Shown in pieces: positions 21,821 to 32,739 of a stretch of DNA of 64,000 nt. The stretch spans positions 255,596 to 319,595 of the forward strand of contig CAWGDR010000004.1 of assembly GCA_963821435.1 (NCBI GenBank). Direction: 5' to 3'. The notes beneath the pieces are model-generated. The model had not been told where the DNA came from, made no database searches, and saw only the letters and a list, made by a program, of their open reading frames with translations. Both the position numbers and the translations under genes were made by a program. Source of the DNA: an uncultured Acidobacteriota bacterium. GTDB taxonomy: Bacteria; Acidobacteriota; Thermoanaerobaculia; UBA5066. The first letter of the stretch is position 1, and every line of letters starts with the position of its first letter.

Positions 21821-24282
21821 TTCAGCGCCTCGGCAGCGGGCGGCGCCGGGGCGTCCGTGGCCGGCGCCGAAGCCGTCGACGGCACGGCCGGGGTCGGCGG
21901 CGGGGGCGCGGGCGCAAAGCCGCGGCCCCGGGCGAAGTAGAGGCCCGCGGCCGCGAGCAGGACCGCCGCGACGCCGATGCCGGCGATGAGCCCCGTGCGG
22001 CTCCTCTTCGACTCGCCCCCTTCGGGAAGCGCGCTCCGCGCCTCGCCGACGGCGACCGGGCGGGACGGCTCCCGCCGCGCGGGAACCGACATCGGCCGCG
22101 TCTCGGCCACGGGAGCGATCGTGGGAACCGTCATCGCAGACGGCCTCGCCTCGCCGCTCTTCTCCCGTTCGCTCCCCTTCGCGAGGACCAGCCCCTTCCC
22201 TCTCTTCGGCGACGGCGTCACCTCGAGGGGCTGCTGCGCCGCGGCGAAGGCGGCGTCGATGTCGTCGTCTCCCGTCGACGGCGGGGTCTCCAGGAGCCGG
22301 TGGACGTAGATGGCGAGGTCCGCCGGGCCCGGAGACGGCTGGTACCCGTAGAGGACCGACAGGAGGTCCTTCTCGAACTCGGAGGCGTTCTGGTAGCGGT
22401 CCTGGGCGTTCTTCGCGAGCGCCTTGAGGACGATCTGGTCGACCTTCCGGGGCACGTCGGTGTTGCGCGCCGACGGCGGCTCCACCAGGCCGTCGCGCAC
22501 CTTCTCGAGGATCGTCATGTCGTTCTCGCCCTCGAACAGGGGGAGGCCGGTGAGCATCTCGAAGAGGACGGCCCCGAGCGCGAAGATGTCGCTCCGCCTG
22601 TCGACTTTCTTGCCCCACGCCTGCTCCGGGGACATGTACTGGAGCTTCCCCTTGAGCGCCCCGGACATCGTCGTGGAGACCTTCGTCGCGGCCTTCGCCA
22701 CGCCGAAGTCGCAGAGCTTGATGTCGCCTTCCCACGAGATGAGGATGTTCTGCGGCGAGACGTCGCGGTGGACGAGGTTCAGCTCGGTGGCGTCCCCGGA
22801 GCCACGCCGGTGGGCATAGTCGAGCGCGTTCGCGATGCGGGACGCGATGAAGAGCGAGAGCTCGACGGGGAGCGGGTAGGAGCGGTCGCGTCCCATCTTC
22901 AGGATCGAGCGGAGGTCCTTGCCGTCCACGTACTCCATCGCGATGTAGTGCCAGGCGTCGACCTTGCCGAGCTCGTAGATGTGGATGATGTTGTTGTGCG
23001 AGAGCTGGGCCGCGAGCTTGGCCTCGTCCACGAACATCGTGATGAAGCCCTCGTTCGTCGCGAGGTGCGGGAGGATCCGCTTGATCGCCACGATCTTCTC
23101 GAACCCCTCTTCGCCGCTCATCCGCGCCTTGAAGACGTCGGCCATGCCTCCGGAAGCGATCCGCTCGAGGAGCTGGTACCGCCCGAAGGCGCCGGGCCCC
23201 GACGGCGGCCGCGCGGTGCGGCTCGGGACGCGCGCCGGGGCGAGAGCCGGTGAAGCCGGCGTCGCGATCGTGTTCGCCGGAAGCGGCGCGGCGACTGCCG
23301 CCGGGCGCGGCGCCGCGGGCGGCGCCGCGACGGGGGGAAGGGTCGGCGCCGAAGTCGGCACGGGCGCGATAGGGGGCGGGACGACGCGTTCCCGCCGCGG
23401 CTCGGGGAGCGCGGCTGCGGGCGGGGAGGGAGCCGCCGCCGAGGCCCCGGAGAGGGGTCTTGCCGGAGCGGTGACGCCCGGGTCCGTCAGGCCGGAGCCG
23501 GTTCCGGACTTCGACTTGATCTTGAGGCCCGAGAGCGTCTCCTGGAGCAGCCTGTCGACGGACGCCGACGTCCCGGCGCCGGTCTTCGGCCTTTCGGGCG
23601 GCCGGCTGACGGGCACGAGGTCGCCGAGGTTCACCTTCAACGTCTCGGCCGTCCCCGGGGAAGGCATCTCGCCCGAGCTCCGCGGAGCCGGGGCCCGGGG
23701 CGGCACGAAACCGGGAGACGACTCGCCCTTCCTCGGCGGGATCAGCCCCGAGAGCGTCGTCTCGAGGCGCTTCTCCATCGCCGGGTCCATCGCCGGCGGC
23801 GGCACCGGAGCGGGAGCGATCTCGTCGATGCCGGAGAGGATGTCCGAGAAGATGTCGTCCGCCGAAAGGAGCGGTTCGCCCGACTCGTGAGCGCCGGCGG
23901 CCGGTGGGGGGTCGAGCGCCGGGCGAAGGCCGAGGGCCGCCTGGACCTCGGCCATGAAGATCTCCTCGCCAAACGGTTTCTCCAGGATGCTCCAGGCTCC
24001 GATCCGCTGCGCGTCGGCGCGCTTGTTGCGCCCCTTGTAGCCGGACATCATGAGGAGGATCGGGGGCGTCGCGCCCAGAGTCTGCATGCCCCGGATGACG
24101 TCGGGCGTCCGGAGGCGGGGCAGCACCGAGGAGACGAGGACGAGATCCGGCCGCGAGAGCCGGTACTGCGCGAGTCCCTCGTCGCCGTCCCGGGCGACGA
24201 TCAGCTCGAAGTCCTTCCGGTCGAGGTATCCGCGTATCCGTTCGAGATACCTCGGCTCGTATTCGATGAGGAGGATCTTCAT
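21751..24282 (-). CDS. receptor-type Ser/Thr protein kinase with N-terminal pseudo-receiver domain, one TM helix and Pro-rich periplasmic tail
   Basis: The N-terminus is 'MKILLIEYEPRYLERIRGYLDRKDFELIVARDGDEGLAQYRLSRPDLVLVS', a REC fold with Ser at the phospho-acceptor position. The kinase domain contains 'YQLLERIASGGMADVFKA', '...VAIKRI...', 'HRDVSPQNILI', 'DFGVAKA' and 'SPEQ'. The TM helix is 'LIAGIGVAAVLLAAAGLYFA'. A TAA stop lies at 21751. Confidence 0.85.
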   Translation of the reverse strand: MKILLIEYEPRYLERIRGYLDRKDFELIVARDGDEGLAQYRLSRPDLVLVSSVLPRLRTPDVIRGMQTLGATPPILLMMSGYKGRNKRADAQRIGAWSILEKPFGEEIFMAEVQAALGLRPALDPPPAAGAHESGEPLLSADDIFSDILSGIDEIAPAPVPPPAMDPAMEKRLETTLSGLIPPRKGESSPGFVPPRAPAPRSSGEMPSPGTAETLKVNLGDLVPVSRPPERPKTGAGTSASVDRLLQETLSGLKIKSKSGTGSGLTDPGVTAPARPLSGASAAAPSPPAAALPEPRRERVVPPPIAPVPTSAPTLPPVAAPPAAPRPAAVAAPLPANTIATPASPALAPARVPSRTARPPSGPGAFGRYQLLERIASGGMADVFKARMSGEEGFEKIVAIKRILPHLATNEGFITMFVDEAKLAAQLSHNNIIHIYELGKVDAWHYIAMEYVDGKDLRSILKMGRDRSYPLPVELSLFIASRIANALDYAHRRGSGDATELNLVHRDVSPQNILISWEGDIKLCDFGVAKAATKVSTTMSGALKGKLQYMSPEQAWGKKVDRRSDIFALGAVLFEMLTGLPLFEGENDMTILEKVRDGLVEPPSARNTDVPRKVDQIVLKALAKNAQDRYQNASEFEKDLLSVLYGYQPSPGPADLAIYVHRLLETPPSTGDDDIDAAFAAAQQPLEVTPSPKRGKGLVLAKGSEREKSGEARPSAMTVPTIAPVAETRPMSVPARREPSRPVAVGEARSALPEGGESKRSRTGLIAGIGVAAVLLAAAGLYFARGRGFAPAPPPPTPAVPSTASAPATDAPAPPAAEALKVVDPKAVEAEAKRLAARDREGP

Positions 24283-24582
24283 GTCTCTCCGCGGAGGGGG
24301 CGCCCCCAGAACATCCCGCAAGTCTTTCCGGAGCAAACTATTATCGTCCCGGGTCTCGACGTGTCAACGGACGAGTCCCGACTCGCGGGCGTGAGCCCCG
24401 TCACGGCGGCGCGTCCTCGCGCTCGGCGCGGGACGTCGCCCCGGCAGCCGACTCCCCGCATGGCTCGCGTTGTGAGGGGAAAGCGCGATCGGGACCGCGT
24501 TCGCCACAGGCGAAGCTGGTACTATTTCGCCCCCCTGACGACGCCCGCGACGATTCCGGGCAGACACGATCCGAGGTGAGGC

Positions 24583-25323
24583 ATGTCCGGACACAGCAAG
24601 TGGAGCACGATCAAGCACAAGAAGGGAGCCGCTGACGCGAAGCGCGGGCGCCTCTTCACGAAGCTGATCAAGGAGATCACGATGTCCGCCAAGGTCGGCG
24701 GCGGCACCGTCGAGTCGAACCCCCGCCTCCGCTCCGCGGTCCAGGCCGCGAAGAAGGCCTCGATGCCCTCCGACAACATCGACAAGGCGATCAAGCGGGG
24801 CACGGGCGAGCTGGAGGGCGTCACCTACGAGGAGGTCGTCTACGAAGGGTACGGACCGGGCGGGGCCGCCCTCCTGGTCGAGGTGATGACAGACAACAAG
24901 AACCGGACGACCGCGGAGATCCGCCACCTCCTGACGAAGTACGGCGGCAACATGGCCTCGGCCGGCTCCGTCGCCTTCCAGTTCCACAAGAAGGGCTACA
25001 TCGCGATCGAGAAGGGCGCCGCGAAGGAAGACGCGTTGATGGAGCTGGCCCTCGAGGCGGGCGCCGAGGATTTCCTGACCGAGGACGCCGAGGTCTTCGA
25101 GATCCTGACCGACACGGCCTCGTTCGAGGCGATCCGGTCGAAGATCGAGGAGAAGGGGATCGCGATCCAGACGGCCGAGGTCCAGTCGGTGCCGCAGAAC
25201 ATGATCGCCGTCGGGGACAAGGGGCCCTCCCTCCTGAAGCTCCTCGAGATGATCGAGGACCACGAGGACGTGCAGAAGGTCTGGTCGAACGGCGACATCG
25301 AGGACAAGTACCTGAGCGCGTGA
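24583..25323 (+). CDS. yebC: YebC/PmpR family DNA-binding transcriptional regulator
   Basis: The gene is intact at 246 aa. '[22 protein letters not shown]...LFTKLIKEI' is diagnostic. An SD 'GAGGTGAGG' lies upstream. Confidence 0.9.
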   Translation: MSGHSKWSTIKHKKGAADAKRGRLFTKLIKEITMSAKVGGGTVESNPRLRSAVQAAKKASMPSDNIDKAIKRGTGELEGVTYEEVVYEGYGPGGAALLVEVMTDNKNRTTAEIRHLLTKYGGNMASAGSVAFQFHKKGYIAIEKGAAKEDALMELALEAGAEDFLTEDAEVFEILTDTASFEAIRSKIEEKGIAIQTAEVQSVPQNMIAVGDKGPSLLKLLEMIEDHEDVQKVWSNGDIEDKYLSA

Positions 25324-25852
25324 GAATCCTCGGCGTCGATCCCGGCAGCCGCGCGACGGGATGGGCGCTCGTGACCTTCGCCCCCGGCCCGCCCTCGAGG
25401 CCGCGGGCGTCCTCCGGGCCCCGGCCCGGCTCGACTTCGCCGGGCGCCTCCGCTTCCTCCGGGACGGCCTCGCCGCCGTCGTCCGCGAGCGCCGGCCCGA
25501 CGCCGCCAGTGTGGAACGGGTCTTCGCCGGCGTGAACCCGCAGAGCCTCATCACCCTCGGGGAAGCCCGCGGCGTCCTCCTCCTCGCCCTCGCCGAGGCG
25601 GAGCTCCCCGTCGCCGAGGTGACGCCCGCCGAAGTCAAGCGCGCCGTCACCGGGACCGGGGCCGCCGGGAAGGAGCAGGTGCGGCGGATGGTGACGGCGC
25701 TCCTCGGCCGGCGGCTCCCCCTCGACGCCTCCGACGCGGCCGCCGCGGCCCTCGCCCACGGCTTCGTCGCGGCTCCCCGCAGCGCCGTCCGGAGGGGGCC
25801 GGAAGGCCCCGGCGGGGCGCCCCGGAGCTGGAGGCGCCGGCCCTCGGGTTGA
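25320..25852 (+). CDS. ruvC: crossover junction endodeoxyribonuclease RuvC; indel near 25380
   Basis: A GTG overlapping the yebC stop begins '[18 protein letters not shown]'. After a shift the protein continues '...[78 protein letters not shown]'. This is the conserved yebC-ruvC order. Confidence 0.75.
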
Positions 25853-25889
25853 GCGGTCTGGACGCGGCTGTTATCTTGACGGCGTCCGA

Positions 25890-26778
25890 ATGTCATTCCA
25901 GGGCTCACTGACCGACCTTCCGCTCGCCGACATCGTCCAGCTCGTGGCGGTCTCCGGCAAGACGGGGATGTTCTCGCTGACGCGCGCGGCGGAGGCCGGG
26001 ACCGTCTACCTCTCGAGCGGGCAGATCGTCCACGCGAACCTCGGAGAGATCGAGGGAGAGGACGCGATCTACTCCCTCGCGCTCTGGACGAGCGGCAGCT
26101 TCCAGTTCTCGCCCGGCGTCGAGGCCGGCAAGCAGACGATCACCCGCTCGAACACGAACCTCCTGATGGAGGCGGCGCGGCGGAGCGACGAGTGGAAGAT
26201 CCTCTCGCGGAAGATCCCGTCGACCGAGGGGGTGCCTCGCCTCGTCGCCTCCGAACGGCATTCCGGGCCGATCACGCTGACGCCCCAGGAGTGGGCCGTC
26301 ATCACGCGCTGCGACGGGCGCGACGACGATCGACGAGATCGCGCGGCTCCTGAAGCGCTCGGCGTTCGAGGTCGCCAAGACCCTCTTCGGCCTCGTGACG
26401 GCCGAGCTCGTCGAGATCGCGAAGCCGGCGCCGGCGGCGAACGGGCGCACGGTCGCGCCGCCGCCGGTCCCGGCCGACGCCGAGGTCCCGAGCGTCACGA
26501 CACACACCGGGGTCTTCCGGGTCCTGACGCGGGGGGACGAGAAGCGGAGCCTCCAGATTCTCTGCACCAAAGTGAAACAGGAGGCGGAGGGGGTTCTGGG
26601 GGCGCCGGGAGACGCCGGGATCGACCGCTTCTACCGGAGCGCGCTCGCCGAGCTGGACCGGGGACGGGGCCTCGACGTCGTCAGGGACCTGATCCGCGCT
26701 CTCGAGGGGCACCTCGTCCGCGTCCGCGGCGGCGAGGCCGGGTCAGCCTTCCGCGACCGGATGTCCCCGCTCCTGTAG
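25890..26778 (+). CDS. DUF4388 domain-containing protein; indel near 26320
   Basis: The N-terminus 'GSLTDLPLADIVQLVAVSGKTGMFSLTRAAEAGTVYLSSGQIVHAN...DAIYSLALW' matches the DUF4388 signature. After a shift the C-terminal part reads '...RSAFEVAKTLFGLVTAELVEI...'. Confidence 0.55.
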
Positions 26779-26784
26779 GGGATC

Positions 26785-26811
26785 GGGGAAACCCGGCCCA
26801 CGGGTTTCCCC
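26785..26811. repeat. REP-like perfect hairpin GGGGAAACCCG-N5-CGGGTTTCCCC (copy 1), flanked by CCCCTTCCGCGG
   Basis: There is an 11-bp perfect inverted repeat 8 nt after the DUF4388 stop. The same stem with flanking CGCGGAAGGGG recurs in the opposite orientation at 41982-42026. Confidence 0.5.
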
Positions 26812-26971
26812 GCGCGGCGCTCCCCTTCCGCGGCGGCGGGGGATGCCCCGATTTTGGGTTCAGGGCCGGAAAGCGGTAAACTCCATCGGCTATTCCCGTC
26901 CTCTTTCGGAAGCGCTTTTTCGGCGGTGGTCCGGGCCGTTCCCGGACGTCGTCGAGCTAAAAGGAGATTCC

Positions 26972-28367
26972 ATGCGACGGATGCGGATCGGACTCCTCCT
27001 CGCCGCGACGGTGCTCCTCGCCGTGTCGCCCTCGGCCCTCTCGCAGGTGGCGCCCACGCTGACGGGCGACACGGGACTGATCCAGACGGTGACCGCCGAG
27101 ACCGTTCCGCCCGGGCTCTTCTCGTTCGGTCTCTACGGCAACCGCTGGCAGCTGACGGCGGCTCCGCCGATCAACTATCCGGTCCTCGCCGGAAATCCCC
27201 TCCGGTACGGCGAGGGAAGGCTCGGCATCTCCGTGACCTACGGCATCCTCCCGGGCTGGGAGGCGTCCATCCTCGGCGGCGGACTCCATTACTCGGCCGA
27301 CACCCGCGACTGGACGGGGAACATCAACGGCCGCGACACCTACGGCGGGTTCTCGATCAACGAGACGGACAAGATCCGCTTCGGCACGAAGCTCGTCCTC
27401 AATTCGCGCGATCCCGTGCGCGTCGCGCTCTTCGGTGGCATCTGGATCCCGACCGGCGGCGGCGTCGGCGACCCGAACTCGTTCTCGACGGGAAAGACGG
27501 ACTACGACTTCGGGCTCTCGTTCAGCTACGACTGGGCGAGCATCCAGATCCAGTACTTCAACTACGCGGACTACGGGACCCCGGACGCCAACCCGGCCAC
27601 GCCCACGGTCGGTGCGGCCCTGGCGAGCCAGTACGTCTGGAGCTTCGGCGGCGCCTGGCCGATCTTTAGCGAGCAGTTGCGCCTCATCGGCGAGATCAAC
27701 CGCAACTTCTTCAGCGGCGGCCAGACCGCTCCCCCCTCCTACTCGGAGGCCCTCCTGGGCGCCCGCTTCTTCTTCTCGAAGGAGAGCGGCCTTTCCGCCA
27801 CGGGCGCGGTCCGGATCAACATCGACCAGTGGGCGAACTACGGATCCTCGCCGAGTCCGATCGGCGGCTACGTCCAGATCGCCTGGTCGCCGGCGCCCCC
27901 GGGGGCGACGCGGCCCACCGTCCAGGTGGCACCGCGCGAGGCCGAGGCCCCGACGGCGGCCGCGCCGCCCCCGGCGCCCGCCCCCGCGCCGGCGCCCGCC
28001 CCCGGCGAAGCCGCCGTCGCCGAAGCCGCGCCGGCCCCGAGGACGACGACCACGACGACCGACGAGGTCCTCTTCGACGCGAGCAAGAGCCGCCTGACGA
28101 ACATCGCGAAGGCGATCCTCGACGGCGTCGCCCTCCGGCTGAAGAACAACCTCTCGGCCACCTGCTCGATCACCGCCACGACCGACCCGAAGGAGAAGGG
28201 AAACCGGCAGGCGCTCGCGATGGCCCGCGCCGAGGCCGCGAAGGACTACCTCGTCAAGCGGCACGGCATCGATCCCGGCCGGATCACGGTCTCGGCGCAT
28301 GGGCGACGGCGGCGCCACGGACGCCACGCGCAACCGCCGCGCCGTCGTCACCGTCACCTTCCCCTGA
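26972..28367 (+). CDS. OmpA-family outer-membrane protein (N-terminal beta-barrel-like domain + Pro/Ala linker + OmpA_C peptidoglycan-binding domain); indel near 28300
   Basis: An SD AAAGGAG precedes the ATG. The signal peptide is 'MRRMRIGLLLAATVLLAVSPSALSQ'. The barrel-like region is rich in Y/G/F/W. The OmpA_C domain reads 'EVLFDASKSRLTNIAKAILDGVALRL...ITATTDPKEKGNRQALAMARAEAAKDYLVKRHGIDPGRITVSAHG' and rejoins as 'DGGATDATRNRRAVVTVTFP*'. Confidence 0.75.
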
Positions 28368-28448
28368 CGCCTCCCGCGCCCGCCCTGCCGCGGCCTCCCG
28401 TCGCGGCGACGGCGGGCGCCGTGTCGCGGGCGGTAAACTGCCCGCAGG

Positions 28449-29618
28449 GTGGACAGCGGGCTCTTCTCGACCGGGACGTTCTCCACCGGGGGGGGCCCCG
28501 GGACGGGCGTCTTCCGCTCGCGGGCGCTCGTCGTCCTCGCGACGGCGGCCATCGTCGGGCTGCTCTGGGCGGGAAAGGTCCTCTTCGTCACGTTCTTCTT
28601 CGCCCTCTTCATCTCGCTCGCGATCCAGCCGTTCGTCGCCCTTCTCGAGAAGGTCCGCCTGCCCGAGGACGCTCGCCGTCCTCGTCGTCCTCGTCGCGCT
28701 CGCCGCGCTCGTCGTCTTCTTCCTCATCAACGCGCTCGAGCAGATCCAGGCGTTCACCGGGAATCTCCCCGCCTACCAGTCGAAGATCCGCGACCTCACC
28801 TCGCGGCTCCAGGGGCTCTTCGCCCAGATCGAGGAGCGGACGCGGCTCCTCCTGCCCGAGGCCGACCGCTCCGATCCGCTCCGTGAAGGTCGAGCAGGGC
28901 GCGCTCGAGTCGGTCTCGAAGGTGGCGCTGCAGGTCCGGACGGTCCTCTCGCTGCTCCTCTACGCCGCGGCGGTGCCGATGCTCTCGTTCTTCATGCTGA
29001 AGGACCGCGAGAAGTACGCCGGCGCGCGTCACGAAGATCCTGCGGCTGAAGGGAGGCCGCGCGGCGTCGGACTTCGCCGAGGGGGTGGCGCGCGTCCTGT
29101 CGGGCTACGTCCTCGGCGAGCTCTTCGTCGTCCTGATCACGGCGTGCATCTCGACGGCGGGCCTCCTCGTCCTCCGCGTCCCGTACGCCTACGTCCTCGG
29201 CCCGCTCGCGGGGCTCTGCGTGCTCGTCCCCTACGTCGGCGTGATCGTCTCGACGACGCCCGCGCTCTTCGTGGCGTTCCTGACCGGGACGGACGGCGCC
29301 CTGCCGCTGAAGGTCCTGATCTTCTACGCGATCGTGCAGTTCCTCGAGGGGAACATCCTGACGCCGTTCATCGTCGGGAGCCGCGTGAAGCTCCACCCGC
29401 TGGCGGTCCTCGTGGCGTTTCTCTTCTGGGGGATCCTCTGGGGCGTGCCGGGCGCGATCCTCGCGGTCCCGCTGACGGCGACGCTCAAGGTCGTGGCGGA
29501 GCGCTTCGACCGCTTCGCGCCGTTCGCCGCGCTTCTCGGCGACCGGACGCCCGACCCCGAGCCGAAGGAGGACCTCGAGGCCGCCGTCGCGGGGCCCGCC
29601 CCGTCGCCGAAGCGCTGA
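28449..29618 (+). CDS. AI-2E family transporter (PerM/UPF0118); multiple indels
   Basis: TM-rich segments appear in 3 frames, including 'LFVTFFFALFISLAIQPFVALLEKVRLP', 'LAVLVVLVALAALVVFFLINALEQIQAF' and 'LGPLAGLCVLVPYVGVIVSTTPALFVAFLTG...LHPLAVLVAFLFWGILWGVPGAILAVPLTATLKVV'. Confidence 0.6.
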
Positions 29619-29625
29619 GGCGCCC

Positions 29626-30533
29626 CTAGACCAGGTTCCGGCGCCGGACGGCGATGCCGCCGCCGAGGAGGCCCGCGACGAGCCCGCCGGCCACGAGGAG
29701 CGCCGCCGTCGCGCGGCGGCAGGAACCGGAGCCCGAGGAGCCCGGCGACGTTCTCCTGCGCGCGCGAGCTCCACCAGACGAGGGCCCGGAACGCGAGCGC
29801 GAGGAACGCCGAGCGCGAGGACTCCGCCGAGGAGCCCCTGCACGAGGCCGCCGAGGAGGAACGGGCCGCGGATCAGGAACTCCGGGCGCGCCGACGAGCC
29901 GCAGGATCTCGATCTCGTCCCGGTGGAGGAGGATCGTGAGGCGGACGACGTTCGCGATCGTGAAGGCGGCGCCGAGGACGAGGATCACCGCGAGCGCCGT
30001 CCCGCCCGTCCGGACGACGGCGACCACGCCGCGGAGGCGGCGGATCCACTCGACGTCGAACTGCACCTCCTCGGCCGCCGGGTGCGACGGCGAGGTTCCC
30101 GAGGAAACCGGGGAGCGCCTCGGACCGCGCCGCGTCGGGGAGGAGGTCGAACTCCAGCGACTCGGGGAAGGGGTTCGTCGTCATCGCCCCCGCGGCCGGC
30201 GCGAGCGAGCGCCACCAGGACGAGAAGCGCGCGCGCGCCTCCTCGGAGGTGACGTGGCGGACCGCGCCGACGAGGCGCGAGTCGCGCGCGACCCGCGCGA
30301 GGTCCTCGCGGGCCTCCGCCGTCGCGGCCGGCCTGAGGAAGACCGTCACGGACGTCTCGCCCCGCACGGTCTCGACGAGGCCCCGGAGGTTCTCGGCGAC
30401 GAGGAGGAAGACGCCGACGAGGAAGATCGAGACGGCGATCGTCAGGACCGAGATCGTCGTCATCCGCCGCGCGCGGACGAGGCCCGCGCCACGCCTCCTC
30501 GACGAGCGCGGCGAGGGAGGCGGCGAGCGCTCA
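29626..30533 (-). CDS. ftsX: cell-division ABC transporter permease FtsX; multiple indels
   Basis: '[43 protein letters not shown]' covers TM1 and the periplasmic domain. '[22 protein letters not shown]' is the conserved FtsX motif. The gene lies downstream of ftsE. Confidence 0.6.
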
Positions 30534-31257
30534 CGTCCGGTCCGCCTCGCCCGCCTCTCGCCGCGCTTCGTCGCGGCCTGCGGCGGGAGGGCGGCCTCGA
30601 CGAGCCCCTCGACGATCCGCCCGCGGTCGAGCGTCAGGCAGCGGCGCGCCCGACTGGCGGACGAGGTCCTGGTCGTGCGTCGCGACGACCACCGTCGTCC
30701 CGCGGATGTTGATCTCGGCGATGAGCTTCATGACCTCGCCCGCGAGGCGGTGGTCGAGGTTGCCGGTCGGCTCGTCGGCGACGAGGAGCGTCGGATCGTG
30801 GACGAGGGCCCGCGCCAGCGCGACGCGCTGCTGCTCGCCTCCCGAGAGCTCCTCCGGGAGCGCGCCGAGCCGGTGGTGGAGCTCGACGAGCCGGAGCACC
30901 TGGTAGGCGCGCCGCCTCCGCTCGGCCGGCGGGACGCCGAGGAACTTCTGGACGTACGTGACGTTCTCGAGGACGGTCCGCGTCGGGAGGAGCTTGTAGT
31001 CCTGGAAGACGATGCCCGATCGACCGGCGAAGCGCCGGGACCCGCGAGACGCGGCATCGCCGAGACGTTCATGCCGTTCACGATGATCTGGCCGTCGTTC
31101 GGCCGCTCCGCGCGGAAGACGAGGCGCAGGAGCGTCGTCTTCCCCGCGCCCGAGGGCCCGGTCAGGAAGACGAACTCTCCCTTCTGCACCTGGAACGTGA
31201 CGTCCTTCAGGACGCGGCGCCCCTGGTACTCCTTGGCGACCCGGTAGAACTGGATCA
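30531..31257 (-). CDS. ftsE: cell-division ABC transporter ATP-binding protein FtsE; indels
   Basis: '[46 protein letters not shown]' carries Walker A, and '[32 protein letters not shown]' is the ABC signature. The GTG at 31257 overlaps the gatB stop. Confidence 0.75.
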
Positions 31258-32721
31258 CGAGGGCTTCTCGAGCGCTGCCTTCAGGAGCCGGTTCACGACG
31301 GCGGGGCTCGCCTTGCCGCCGGTCGCCTTCATCACCTGCCCGACGAACCACCCGAACGTCGCGGCCTTTCCGGCGCGGTAGGTCTCGACCTGCTGCGGGT
31401 TCGCGGCGAGGATCTTCCCGATCGCCTCGAGGATCGGCCCCTCGTCGACGATCTGGACGAGGCCGCGCTCCTTCACGACGGCGTCGGCCTCCTTCCCCGT
31501 CGCGATCATCTCCGGGAGGACCTCCTTCGCGATCTTCCCGGAGATCGTGCCGCCGTCGATGAGGGCGACGAGCCGCGCGAGGGCCGCGGGGGCGACCGGC
31601 ACGCGCCCGGCCTGCTTCTCGGCGTCGGTCATCCGGCCGAGGAGGTCCGAGAGGAGCCAGTTCGCGATCCCCTTCGGGTTCGCCGGGTGGGCCGCGACGG
31701 CCGCCTCGTACCAGTCGGCGAGCGGGCGCGAGAGGCAGACGAGGTCGGCGTCCGGCGGGCGGGAGCCCGAGCGACGATTCGAGCCGCTTCGCCCGCGCCT
31801 CCGGCAGCTCCGGGAGCGTCGCCGCGACCTCCCGGCGCCACGCGGCGTCGACGACGAGCGTCCCGAGGTCGGGCTCCGGGAAGTAGCGGTAGTCCATCGC
31901 CTCTTCCTTCCCGCGCATCGGCTTCGTCGCGCCCGCGCCCGGCGTCCCAGAGGCGCGTCTCCTGGACGACCGCCCCGCCGGCCGCAAGAACGGCCGCCTG
32001 CCGCCCGATCTCGTGCTCGAGCGCCTTCTTCACGTGGGCGATCGAGTTCAGGTTCTTGATCTCCACCTTCGTTCCGAGCGGCTCCGCGCCCGCCGGGCGG
32101 ACGGAGACGTTCGCGTCGCAGCGGAGAGAGCCCTCCTCCATGTTCCCGTCCGAGGCGTCGACCCACCGGACGAGCCGGCGGAGCTTCACGAGGTAGTCGT
32201 ACGCCTCGTCGGCCGAGCGGAGGTCGGGCTCCGAGACGATCTCGATGAGCGGCGTCCCGGCCCGGTTCAGGTCGACGAGCGAGGCGCCGGTCGGCACGTC
32301 GTCCCACGGAAACTCGTGCATCGACTTCCCGGCGTCCTCCTCGAGGTGGATCCGGTGGAGGCGGACGCGGCGCGCGGCGCTCCCCGCGAGGACGTCCACG
32401 AACCCGCCCGTCGCGAGCGGCCGGTCGTACTGCGAGATCTGGTAGCCCTTCGGCAGGTCCGGGTAGAAGTAGTTCTTCCGCGCGAAGACCGAGCGCTCCT
32501 GGATCGTCGCCGCCGGTCGCGAGGGCGACCCGCATGGCGAGCGTCACCATCTCGCGGTTCATGACCGGGAGGACCCCCGGGTAGCCGAGGCAGACCGGGC
32601 AGACCGCCGTGTTCGGCGCCGCGCCGAAAACGACCGGGCAGGGGCAGAACGCCTTGCTCTTCGTCCGGAGCTGGCAGTGGACCTCGAGCCCGATGACGGG
32701 CTCGAACGCGGCGGGCGGCAT
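31255..32721 (-). CDS. gatB: aspartyl/glutamyl-tRNA(Asn/Gln) amidotransferase subunit B; indels
   Basis: The N-terminal part is '[50 protein letters not shown]'. The middle part is '[13 protein letters not shown]...[14 protein letters not shown]' and the C-terminal part is the GatB/YqeY tail '...[33 protein letters not shown]'. The three parts lie in different frames. Confidence 0.8.
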   Translation of the reverse strand: MPPAAFEPVIGLEVHCQLRTKSKAFCPCPVVFGAAPNTAVCPVCLGYPGVLPVMNREMVTLAMRVALATGGDDPGALGLRAEELLLPGPAEGLPDLAVRPAARDGRVRGRPRGERRAPRPPPPDPPRGGRREVDARVSVGRRADRRLARRPEPGRDAAHRDRLGARPPLGRRGVRLPREAPPARPVGRRLGREHGGGLSPLRRERLRPPGGRGAARNEGGDQEPELDRPREEGARARDRAAGGRSCGRRGGRPGDAPLGRRARARRSRCAGRKRRWTTATSRSPTSGRSSSTPRGAGRSRRRSRSCRRRGRSGSNRRSGSRPPDADLVCLSRPLADWYEAAVAAHPANPKGIANWLLSDLLGRMTDAEKQAGRVPVAPAALARLVALIDGGTISGKIAKEVLPEMIATGKEADAVVKERGLVQIVDEGPILEAIGKILAANPQQVETYRAGKAATFGWFVGQVMKATGGKASPAVVNRLLKAALEKPS

Positions 32722-32739
32722 CCGGGGAAGTCTAGCGAA

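Noticed and set aside
26843-26971. An upstream in-frame ATG at 26843 as the OmpA-family start (this would add 43 residues)
   Set aside because: The ATG at 26972 has an AAAGGAG Shine-Dalgarno and is followed immediately by a canonical signal peptide. The upstream extension has no export signal.
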